Below, in pieces: positions 18,338 to 26,759 of a stretch of 64,000 nucleotides of DNA. The position numbers and the translations under genes were made by a program. The stretch's first letter is position 1, and each line of letters starts with the position of its first letter. The DNA is from an uncultured Alphaproteobacteria bacterium (GTDB lineage: Bacteria > Pseudomonadota > Alphaproteobacteria > Rs-D84): contig CALXXY010000004.1 in NCBI GenBank assembly GCA_944392815.1, positions 23,064 to 87,063 on the forward strand, in the 5' to 3' direction. The notes beneath the pieces are model-generated. The model saw only the letters and a list, made by a program, of their open reading frames with translations, did not search any database and was not told the DNA's origin.

Positions 18338-19204
18338 ATGGCTCTGCCTACATTTACTATGCAGCAGTTGATGGAAGCCGGCGTACATTTTGGACATCAT
18401 ACACGTCGCTGGAATCCATTGATGACACCGTATGTTTATGGTGTAAAAGATAAAATTCACATCATTAATTTGAATAAAACAGCACCGTTGTTGCACCGCG
18501 CTTTGGTCGCGCTGGAGGCAATCGCCGCCGCCGGTGGCAAAGTGTTGTTCGTCGCAACCAAACATCAGGCCAAAGATATCGTCAAAGATGCGGCTGAACG
18601 TTGCGGTCAGTTTTATGTGAACAACCGCTGGTTGGGTGGTATGTTGACCAACTGGACAACTGTTTCACAATCTATTCGCCGTTTGAAAAAAATGGAATCG
18701 GATATCGAAAACGCCGATAAATTGGGTCTGACCAAGAAAGAAGTTGGCGTTATGACCAAAGAAGTCGCAAAACTGCGCGAAATATTTGGTGGTATTCTGG
18801 AAATGCACGGTGTGCCCCAGGCGATGATTGTTATTGATGTGCCGCGCGAAATCAACGCAGTCCGCGAAGCGAAAATCCTGGACATTCCGACAATCGCGAT
18901 TTGCGATACAAATGCAAATCCTGAATTGGTGGATTATCCTGTGCCGGGTAATGATGACGCGGCGCGTGCGACGCAACTGTATTGCGATTTGTTCGTTGAT
19001 GCGATTTTGTCTGGTATCGAAAAACGTTTGGGTGGACCGGCCGGTAAAAAGGTTGAATCTGATATGACAGACGCTATTGCCGCCGCCGAAGAATTCGAGG
19101 CCGATATCAAAGACAAAGAAGCACAGCAAAAATCCAAAATGTCCGAAGCCCGCGCAGAACGTCGTGGCAAATTGATGGAAAAGGCCGAAAAAGCCGACAA
19201 ATAA
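18338..19204 (+). CDS. rpsB: 30S ribosomal protein S2
   Basis: EAGVHFGH, WLGGMLTNW, PGNDDA motifs. Confidence 0.99.
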   Translation: MALPTFTMQQLMEAGVHFGHHTRRWNPLMTPYVYGVKDKIHIINLNKTAPLLHRALVALEAIAAAGGKVLFVATKHQAKDIVKDAAERCGQFYVNNRWLGGMLTNWTTVSQSIRRLKKMESDIENADKLGLTKKEVGVMTKEVAKLREIFGGILEMHGVPQAMIVIDVPREINAVREAKILDIPTIAICDTNANPELVDYPVPGNDDAARATQLYCDLFVDAILSGIEKRLGGPAGKKVESDMTDAIAAAEEFEADIKDKEAQQKSKMSEARAERRGKLMEKAEKADK

Positions 19205-19284
19205 TTTTGGATTAATACGTATTGGTGTTGGTGGGGTGCGCCCCACCGGCACTGTGAATTGAAATTTTAATAATGGGGGAAACG

Positions 19285-20154
19285 ATGGCAGAAATAACCG
19301 CAAAATTAATTCAAGAATTGCGTGAAAAAACTTCAGCGGGCATGATGGATTGCAAAAAAGCCCTGGTTGAAAATAATGGCGATATCGAAGCCGCCGCCGA
19401 TTGGCTGCGTCAAAAGGGTATTGTCAAAGCCGCGTCCAAGGCCGGCCGTGTTGCGGCGTCTGGGTTGGTGACGGTTGTAAAATGCGACGATATGGGCTGT
19501 GTAGTAGAGGTTAATGCCGAAACAGATTTCGTTGCTAAAAATGACAAATTCCAGAAATTGGTTGCGGATATTGCCGCCAAAGCCGCTGAATTAAAGGGCG
19601 ATTTTGATGCGACTATGGACGCGGTCAAAGATGATATTGCCGCCACTATTTCCACAATTGGCGAAAATATGAATTTGCGCCGTATTGCCAAAGTGACTGG
19701 TGATCATATTTATTCTTATATCCACAATGCGCTGGTGCCGGGTATGGGCCAGATTGGTGTTGTGGTTGCCATCAATGGTGATTCCGATAAAATTGATGAA
19801 ATCGGGAACAAGGTTGCCATGCACATTGCGGCAAACAAACCTGAATATATGACAATCGCAGATGTTGACCCGGTGGCCGTGGAACGCGAAAAGAAAGTGT
19901 TCATCGAATCTGGGGCAACGGCCGGCAAACCAGAACAGGTTGTTGAAAAAATGGTTCAGGGACGTATTCACAAATATTATGCCGAAACCGTTTTGGAAGA
20001 ACAGCCGTTTGTTATGGATCCGTCCAAGACCGTTAAACAGGTGGTCGAAGAAGCCGGCGGTAAATTGGCTGGGTTCGCGTATTTCGTTCTGGGCGAAGGT
20101 ATCCAGAAACGCGAAGACAATTTGGCTGATGAAGTTGCCAAAATGTTATCATAA
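19285..20154 (+). CDS. tsf: Elongation factor Ts
   Basis: LREKTSAGMMDCKKAL, NAETDFVA; start reassigned to MAEIT. Confidence 0.99.
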   Translation: MAEITAKLIQELREKTSAGMMDCKKALVENNGDIEAAADWLRQKGIVKAASKAGRVAASGLVTVVKCDDMGCVVEVNAETDFVAKNDKFQKLVADIAAKAAELKGDFDATMDAVKDDIAATISTIGENMNLRRIAKVTGDHIYSYIHNALVPGMGQIGVVVAINGDSDKIDEIGNKVAMHIAANKPEYMTIADVDPVAVEREKKVFIESGATAGKPEQVVEKMVQGRIHKYYAETVLEEQPFVMDPSKTVKQVVEEAGGKLAGFAYFVLGEGIQKREDNLADEVAKMLS

Positions 20155-20177
20155 TTATATTTATGTGGTTAATATTG

Positions 20178-20203
20178 AAAAATCCGGCGTTTGCCGGATT
20201 TTT
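20178..20203 (+). terminator. rpsB-tsf terminator
   Basis: AAAAATCCGGC-GTTT-GCCGGATTTTT. Confidence 0.85.
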
Positions 20204-20223
20204 CCAACTATGGATTTATTGTT

Positions 20224-20619
20224 ATGGAAAAATATGTTGTGAAATCTGCTTTTTGTGTTGGAAATCAAATTGTGCATGTGGAAATGGCAAATAAACGTGG
20301 GGTGGCTGGGGCCATGTTTCCGATTAAATTTGCGCCATTATTAAATGTTGGTACGCGTATATGTGTTTTTGCTGATAAAAACGACAAAAACGTGCCAATT
20401 GCGTACAAGTTTGCGGATAATTTGTGTTTCGCCGCGACGCCACGTAATAAATGGCACGCGTATTCTATGTATGCAGATTTGGCGGGTGTGCGTGAATTCA
20501 GTTTTGATAAAACGCGGTTCCGCAGCGCAATGTCGCGTGCGTTGAAATCGTCTGGGGTTGTGTCATGCAAATCAATCGCAAAAGATATTTTGGCGTTGCA
20601 TGGACAAAATCAAAAATAA
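20224..20619 (+). CDS. Hypothetical protein (paralog of next gene)
   Basis: ORF from MEKYVV; aligns by eye with 20708-21085. Confidence 0.7.
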   Translation: MEKYVVKSAFCVGNQIVHVEMANKRGVAGAMFPIKFAPLLNVGTRICVFADKNDKNVPIAYKFADNLCFAATPRNKWHAYSMYADLAGVREFSFDKTRFRSAMSRALKSSGVVSCKSIAKDILALHGQNQK

Positions 20620-20707
20620 AATTTATTCGGGGGCGCGGCCCCCGTTATTATTTTATGGAAAATTGGCGCGTGGCGTGGTATTTTTAAAAGGTAAAAGGGT
20701 ATGTAAT

Positions 20708-21085
20708 ATGCAAAGGTATACTGTAGACGACGTAAGGGATAATGGGCTGTTTGCATCGGTGACGATGCATAATCACGGATACATGGGACATCAAACGTTT
20801 CCGTCTGATTTTGTGCGGGGTATGAAAAAGGGCGACCGGTTGGTTGGCATTGGGCAAAGTTTGCCTGTGGTGTGGACGTATCATGACAGAATTCATATGT
20901 TGATTGAACCGGTCAGTGATTATGGAATTCGAACATTTGTGACTGAAAAACTGGGAATGATGGACGGAATACATTTCAGATGGGTTTTATGTCGGGCGTT
21001 GTTAAAGTGTGGCATTATGCCGACGATGTCTGTATCGAATAATTTGCGGCTGTATTTGGCGAATAAACGGGGGTGGCAACGGTGA
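20708..21085 (+). CDS. Hypothetical protein (paralog of previous gene)
   Basis: ORF from MQRYTV with AAGGG RBS; stop overlaps tyrS GTG (GTGA). Confidence 0.7.
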   Translation: MQRYTVDDVRDNGLFASVTMHNHGYMGHQTFPSDFVRGMKKGDRLVGIGQSLPVVWTYHDRIHMLIEPVSDYGIRTFVTEKLGMMDGIHFRWVLCRALLKCGIMPTMSVSNNLRLYLANKRGWQR

Positions 21086-22299
21086 AAAACGGGTTATTAC
21101 AGGAATTGGAATCGCGCGGTTTTATTAATCAATCGTCCAATTTGGACGGGTTGAATGACGCATTGAATGCGGGGCGCGTTGTTGGATATTGGGGAACCGA
21201 CCCAACGGGGGATTCGTTGCATGTTGGACATTTGGCGTCGCTGATGTTAATGCGTTGGTTCCAGAAATATGGGCACAAGCCGATTTTGTTGGTTGGCGGG
21301 GCAACTGGGCGTATTGGTGACCCGTCCGGTCGGGACAAGGGACGGCCCATGTTAACCGATGAACAAATTGCGCATAACTGTGATGGGTTGCGTAAATCTA
21401 TATCAAAATTCATCAAGTTTGGTGATGGGGACACGGACGCCATTATGGTGGATAACTATGATTGGCATAAAAATTACAGTCATATGGATTTTTTGCGTGA
21501 ATATGGGACTGATTTTACCGTGCCGCGTATGTTGTCGATGGAAAGTGTGCGCAGACGTTTGGAAAACGGTATGACGTTTTTGGAATTTAATTATATGACT
21601 TTCCAGGCGGTGGATTTTTTAACGCTGAACAAAAAATATAATTGCACGTTGCAATTTTGCGGGGCGGACCAATGGGGCAACAGTATCATGGGTGTCGAAT
21701 TGGTGCGTAAAAAATTGGGCCGCGAAGTATTTGTGTTGTCGACTGCGTTGATTACGGATTCGCGCGGGGAAAAAATTGGCAAGTCCGCAGGGAATGCCGT
21801 GTGGGTGAACGAAAATAAAACAACGCCATACGAATATTATCAGTATTTCCGCAATACACCCGATGATTTGGTGGAAAAATTTTTGAAAATATTTACAGAA
21901 ATTCCATTGGACGAAATTGCCCAGTTGGCCAAATTGCAGGGGGCGGAATTAAATTCTGCCAAACGCAGATTGGCGTTTGCCGCAACTGAAATTGCGCATG
22001 GGTATGATGCGGCTGTGGCGGCGGAAAGCGCGGCGGACGCGCTGTTTGGTGGCGGGGCGAATTCGGAAAATATCCCGACGACTGAATTTTCAATGACGGG
22101 GCCGATGGGCATTGTGGATTTTCTGGTTGCGATTAAAATGTTCGCGTCAAAATCTGATGCGCGCAGAATGGTGGAACAGGGCGGTATTCAAATTGATGGT
22201 AAAAAAATTACTGATTGGAAATCGTCTGTGGCGCCGGCCGATGAAATCATGGTGCAGCGTGGCAAGAAAGTATTTTTGCGTGTTGTGAATAAAAATTAA
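21082..22299 (+). CDS. tyrS: Tyrosine--tRNA ligase
   Basis: GTDPTGDSLHVGH (HIGH), GADQWGN, KIGKS, C-terminal S4 domain; start may be 21073 or 21082. Confidence 0.98.
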   Translation: MKNGLLQELESRGFINQSSNLDGLNDALNAGRVVGYWGTDPTGDSLHVGHLASLMLMRWFQKYGHKPILLVGGATGRIGDPSGRDKGRPMLTDEQIAHNCDGLRKSISKFIKFGDGDTDAIMVDNYDWHKNYSHMDFLREYGTDFTVPRMLSMESVRRRLENGMTFLEFNYMTFQAVDFLTLNKKYNCTLQFCGADQWGNSIMGVELVRKKLGREVFVLSTALITDSRGEKIGKSAGNAVWVNENKTTPYEYYQYFRNTPDDLVEKFLKIFTEIPLDEIAQLAKLQGAELNSAKRRLAFAATEIAHGYDAAVAAESAADALFGGGANSENIPTTEFSMTGPMGIVDFLVAIKMFASKSDARRMVEQGGIQIDGKKITDWKSSVAPADEIMVQRGKKVFLRVVNKN

Positions 22300-23378
22300 T
22301 GAAAAAAATAATTGCTGTTTTTGTGGCTGGATTCGTTTTGTCCACGACGCCCGGTTGGGCGGCCAGTGAATTGGCCAATATCCAGGCACAAATAAAAAAA
22401 ACAGAACAGCAAAATAAAAAATTAAGTCAACAGGTTGCGTCGTCTGACAGGGAAATTGCGTCGACCAAGAAAAAATTGGTGCGTGCGGCCGACCGTGTCA
22501 GCACATTGGAAGAACAGCGCAGTGCAGTCGCCAAAAAAATCAGGGAACTGGACGCCCAACGTGATAAATTGGAACGGGAATTGCAACAAAATCGGGAACG
22601 AATTGCCGATTCTGCTGCGACGATTTTGTTTGTTGCGTCACACCCAAATTTTGATTCTGAAAATATGCGCGATTATGTTTTGACGTCTGCGATATTGTCT
22701 GGGGCGGCGGACAGTTTTGATTCGGAAATTAAACGCGCAACTGAACAAATTGCTGAATTGGCCGAAATACGGGACCAACGCGCAGTTGAAAAAGAAAAAC
22801 TGGACAGAACCGCCCAGCGTTATTCAGATGAAAAAGATGAATTGGACAAGTTGCTGCGCACCCGTTCCGCCCAAAATCAAAAATTGCGGACACAGCAATC
22901 TGAATTGCAAAAAAAATTGCGTGATTTGTCGGCACGCGCAAAAACTATATCTGAATTGATGGCCGGCGTGGGGAGTACGGAAATGTCGGGTGATTCGCGT
23001 TTTTCAATTCGTAAATTGAACAAGCCCGTACGTGGGCGCGTCGTTGTGCATTTTGCTGAAAAAACTGCGTTGGGATTGAAATCAGACGGGTGGCGTATTC
23101 GTGTGCGTGGGGACGCGCTGGTGATGGCGCCGGCCGATGGCGTTGTGAAGTTTGCTGATAAATTCAGGGGTTTTGGCCAGGTTGTAATTATGTCGCATAA
23201 AAATGGATATAATACAGTTATGACCAATTTGGGTGATATAAACGTTATGCTGGGCCAGGAGGTTTTGGCCGGTGAACCCATTGGGCGCATGGATCCGGAT
23301 AAACCAGAAATGTATCTGGAGGTTCGACGTGGCGACAAAGCCGTGGATCCGGCCCGTCTGTTCCGCGAGGACGATTAG
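22299..23378 (+). CDS. envC: Murein hydrolase activator EnvC (coiled coil + degenerate M23)
   Basis: Signal peptide, long coiled coil, LytM fold lacking Zn ligands (DGWRI, MTNL), YLEVRR..VDP. Confidence 0.85.
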   Translation: MKKIIAVFVAGFVLSTTPGWAASELANIQAQIKKTEQQNKKLSQQVASSDREIASTKKKLVRAADRVSTLEEQRSAVAKKIRELDAQRDKLERELQQNRERIADSAATILFVASHPNFDSENMRDYVLTSAILSGAADSFDSEIKRATEQIAELAEIRDQRAVEKEKLDRTAQRYSDEKDELDKLLRTRSAQNQKLRTQQSELQKKLRDLSARAKTISELMAGVGSTEMSGDSRFSIRKLNKPVRGRVVVHFAEKTALGLKSDGWRIRVRGDALVMAPADGVVKFADKFRGFGQVVIMSHKNGYNTVMTNLGDINVMLGQEVLAGEPIGRMDPDKPEMYLEVRRGDKAVDPARLFREDD

Positions 23379-23382
23379 TTAT

Positions 23383-24309
23383 TTATTTCGAAAATTGTTT
23401 TTCCAGATTTACAAAATTTTGCATTTGCCGACGCATAAAGAAAATCTTTTCCATGTTGTTGTCGACACTTTTTTGACTGGCCGGGGTTATGCGCAGGTCG
23501 TCTGCGGCCTTGATAAATCGGCGCAGCCATACGGCCATGATTCTGTATTTCATAATTTCGCGCAGTGATTCGTTTTTTATGCCCGGCATGGGGTACAGCG
23601 ATTTATTATGTAATTGGCAATATGTTTCGTATACGCGTTTGTATATGTCCAGTTCAATTTGCAGTGGGGCAAATATATCGCGATAGATGAATTTATAGTC
23701 GGCCTCGGCAAAATCAATGAATGATATTTTGCTGGTGTTGGGGTCGTATAAAACGTTGCCTGGGTTTAAATCGCCGTGTGACCACGCCAGGCGGGTTTCG
23801 TATTCAAATGTTCCGATTTCATCACGGATTTTTGCCATGGATACAACTTCGGATTTAGTGAACCAGATTGACATTTTGTTTTCGATAAAATTGTCCAGAC
23901 GTGAAAATTTAATATCGTTGGCAATTTTATATTTCTGAATGTCGCCAATTGGTTTTAATTCGTTCATGTCCACCAGAAAACTGGCAACGCTGTTTATGAT
24001 TTCAAATTGCTGGCGTTTGGTTAATTTATTGTACAGCGTGGCGGTTAATGGTTCGCCTGGGGCGCGTTCTTCCAAAATTTGATATTCGTCGTCGTTGATG
24101 AAATTCATCGCAGGTACATTGTACACAGGATTGTCAATCGCGCGAATTGCGTCGATGGATTGCTTGGTTTTATGTTGTTTTTTCAGCCATTTAGTTTTGG
24201 CGGCATCGTTAAATGTTGGCAGTGGACGTTTTAATACGAAATCATCGCCGTAATATACAGCGTATGTTTCGCGTCCATGATTTAGTAAATTTTTCAATTT
24301 GTCTGCCAT
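23383..24309 (-). CDS. APH/choline-kinase-like phosphotransferase
   Basis: HGDLNPGN (Brenner motif) and IDFA; start reassigned to MADKLK, 8 nt after the Fic stop. Confidence 0.85.
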   Translation of the reverse strand: MADKLKNLLNHGRETYAVYYGDDFVLKRPLPTFNDAAKTKWLKKQHKTKQSIDAIRAIDNPVYNVPAMNFINDDEYQILEERAPGEPLTATLYNKLTKRQQFEIINSVASFLVDMNELKPIGDIQKYKIANDIKFSRLDNFIENKMSIWFTKSEVVSMAKIRDEIGTFEYETRLAWSHGDLNPGNVLYDPNTSKISFIDFAEADYKFIYRDIFAPLQIELDIYKRVYETYCQLHNKSLYPMPGIKNESLREIMKYRIMAVWLRRFIKAADDLRITPASQKSVDNNMEKIFFMRRQMQNFVNLEKQFSK

Positions 24310-24317
24310 GGGTGCCC

Positions 24318-25043
24318 CTATAATGTTTTTGAATTTTGCAACAGGGTGATGATTTCCCGTTGGGTGCGCACCAGACATGATGACATATATGAAAAATATT
24401 CTTTTGGTCGGCCATTGGCACATGCGGTGATGGCTTCTTTGTATTTTTGTTTGTCGGTGCGTTGATTGAATACTATTGGGCGATATCCGTTTTGAATCAA
24501 TGTCCAATTCATAACCAGGCGCGCTGTACGTTTGTTGAAATCGTCAAACGGTTGCAACATAATCAAATCGTAATGCACGCCAAATGCACGTTTCAGTGCG
24601 CACATATCTGGGTTATTTAATTTGAACACGATTTCGTTCATTTTGTTCAATATGTATGCCGCGTCTGGGGCGTGCACACGATGACCGTTTACCATAATTT
24701 CAATAATTTTTGGTGATGTGCGGAACAGACCGCCCTGGATATATGTGCCAGCGCACAGCATGCTGTGCAGTTTGCAGATTTCGGTCATATCTATGATTTG
24801 TTTTGGGTTGTTTACGATGTAATCGTATGCGTCACCCAAATTTTTCATGGAATTATAGTCCAAATATGGTGTTTGTTCTTTGTTCGGAATATAAAATAAT
24901 GTACGCGGTTCAGTATACGAAATTTCGTGACGAACCCAATTCAGGTTATTCAGGCGTTTGACAGTGTCGGCACCCGATAACATTTTGGTTATCGTTTCAC
25001 GATTTTCCTCTATTTGTTTTTTATACTTTGGTGTCTTGGTCAT
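24318..25043 (-). CDS. Fic/Doc-family protein with non-canonical motif
   Basis: LHSML...GLFR and QPFDDFNKRTAR (canonical HPFxDGNGRxxR). Confidence 0.88.
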   Translation of the reverse strand: MTKTPKYKKQIEENRETITKMLSGADTVKRLNNLNWVRHEISYTEPRTLFYIPNKEQTPYLDYNSMKNLGDAYDYIVNNPKQIIDMTEICKLHSMLCAGTYIQGGLFRTSPKIIEIMVNGHRVHAPDAAYILNKMNEIVFKLNNPDMCALKRAFGVHYDLIMLQPFDDFNKRTARLVMNWTLIQNGYRPIVFNQRTDKQKYKEAITACANGRPKEYFSYMSSCLVRTQREIITLLQNSKTL

Positions 25044-25212
25044 TGCCTTTTACCTGCTGTTTGTCTTTATAAATATAACCCTTAAAATAAATTTGTCAAG
25101 TTTTTTTACTGTTTTCAATTGTTTTTATGTAAAAACGGGCTTGCGGGCAATGAGTTTTTGTTTTATGGTTATTTCAATCGATTTTTAATGTATTGTACGA
25201 AAGGAATCATAT

Positions 25213-26637
25213 ATGTTGAAAAAATTGCTGGTTTTGGCGATGTTGATTACCCCGGTTGCCGCGTTTGCCGCGGACAAGCCCAAGGACGAGCCCGTGGAAC
25301 ACCTGACCGATGAACAGATTTATGAACAATTGAAAAAATTGGCGTTGGTGTTTGAAACTGCGCGCGATAATTTTGTAGAAGAGGCAGATGAAAAAAAGAT
25401 GTTAGAGGCCGCTATGAACGGCATGTTGCAGGCGTTGGACCCGCATTCGTCGTATTTGTCGGCCGATGATTTCAAGGAATTTAATGATAAATCCCAGGGT
25501 GAATTTGGGGGGCTGGGGATTCAGATTACCAGTGATCGTGGGGCTGTGCGCGTGATTTCGCCGATTGACGATACCCCTGCGGACAAGGCCGGAATCAAGG
25601 CAGGTGACTATATTACACATATTGATGATGAACCTGTGTTTGATTTAACCCTGAATCAGGCAACCAAAAAAATGAAGGGCCGCCCAGGTACCAAGGTAAA
25701 ATTAACCGTTATATCCGAGGGCCAAGAGCCGCGCACTATTACATTAAAGCGCGCCATTATCAAGGTCGAATCCGTTAAATACGAAGAAAAAAAGATGGCT
25801 GGATTCGAAGAGGACGAAGATGCCGATAAAATCGGATATGTTCGTATATCTGATTTTGGTGCCACCACGGCCAAGGAATTAAACAAAGCGTTGGAAAAGT
25901 TAGAAGACAAAGATGTTATCGGGTACGTGTTGGATGTGCGTAATAATCCGGGCGGATATCTGACTGCCGCGATTGATGTGGCCGATGCGTTCCTGGACGC
26001 GGGCGAAATTGTGTCCACGCGCGGGAAACGTCCTACTGATATAGAACGTAATTTTGCCAAGCCCGGTGATTTGGCCAATGGCAAGCCCGTTGTTGTGCTG
26101 ATAAATCATGGGTCTGCGTCGGCGTCTGAAATCGTGGCCGGGGCATTACAGGATAATGGGCGCGCGCTGGTCATGGGGTCGCAATCGTTTGGCAAAGGCA
26201 GCGTGCAACAGCAAAAGCCATTGGGCGATGGAACCGCGATTCATATAACTATTGCGCGGTATTATACGCCGTCTGGCCGTTCCATTCAGAACGAAGGTAT
26301 CACCCCAGATATAGAAGTGCTGCAGAGCAAGATAGAGGTTCTGGAACGTCGTGAAAGTTTGTATTCCGAGGCGTCTTTTAAAAATGCCCTGAAAAATGAA
26401 GAGGCCGAAAAGAAAGCCAAGAATAAATCTGATGATAACGAAGACGAAGAATTAACCGACGAAGAAAAAGATGCGCTGGATTATCAATTGCAACGTGCAA
26501 TGGATATGGTGCGGGCGATGTCCAAATTACAACAGCATGCCGATTTTGTACCGGCAACACCGGAAAGTGTGGCTGCGCTGGACGCTGAATTGGTGGACGG
26601 GGACGCGCCAGATGATGAAAAATCGGACGAAAAATAA
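25213..26637 (+). CDS. ctpA: Carboxy-terminal processing protease (S41A)
   Basis: LDPHS, PDZ GLGIQI, DVRNNPGG, GSASASE, FGKGSVQ. Confidence 0.97.
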   Translation: MLKKLLVLAMLITPVAAFAADKPKDEPVEHLTDEQIYEQLKKLALVFETARDNFVEEADEKKMLEAAMNGMLQALDPHSSYLSADDFKEFNDKSQGEFGGLGIQITSDRGAVRVISPIDDTPADKAGIKAGDYITHIDDEPVFDLTLNQATKKMKGRPGTKVKLTVISEGQEPRTITLKRAIIKVESVKYEEKKMAGFEEDEDADKIGYVRISDFGATTAKELNKALEKLEDKDVIGYVLDVRNNPGGYLTAAIDVADAFLDAGEIVSTRGKRPTDIERNFAKPGDLANGKPVVVLINHGSASASEIVAGALQDNGRALVMGSQSFGKGSVQQQKPLGDGTAIHITIARYYTPSGRSIQNEGITPDIEVLQSKIEVLERRESLYSEASFKNALKNEEAEKKAKNKSDDNEDEELTDEEKDALDYQLQRAMDMVRAMSKLQQHADFVPATPESVAALDAELVDGDAPDDEKSDEK

Positions 26638-26639
26638 CT

Positions 26640-26661
26640 AACCGGGGTTGACCCCGGTTTT
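26640..26661 (+). terminator. Intrinsic terminator
   Basis: AACCGGGG-TTGA-CCCCGGTTTT. Confidence 0.8.
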
Positions 26662-26759
26662 GTTTTGTCAAGTTTGTGATTGATTGATAAATCTTGCCTT
26701 GGGGTGAATTTCGGGGTATGATATAGCCCGTACGAAAATTTTTTTAAGGGAATAAAGAA

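Noticed and set aside
19225-19252. Hairpin between rpsB and tsf as a terminator
   Set aside because: No U-tract; more likely an mRNA stability or processing stem, ordinary for this operon
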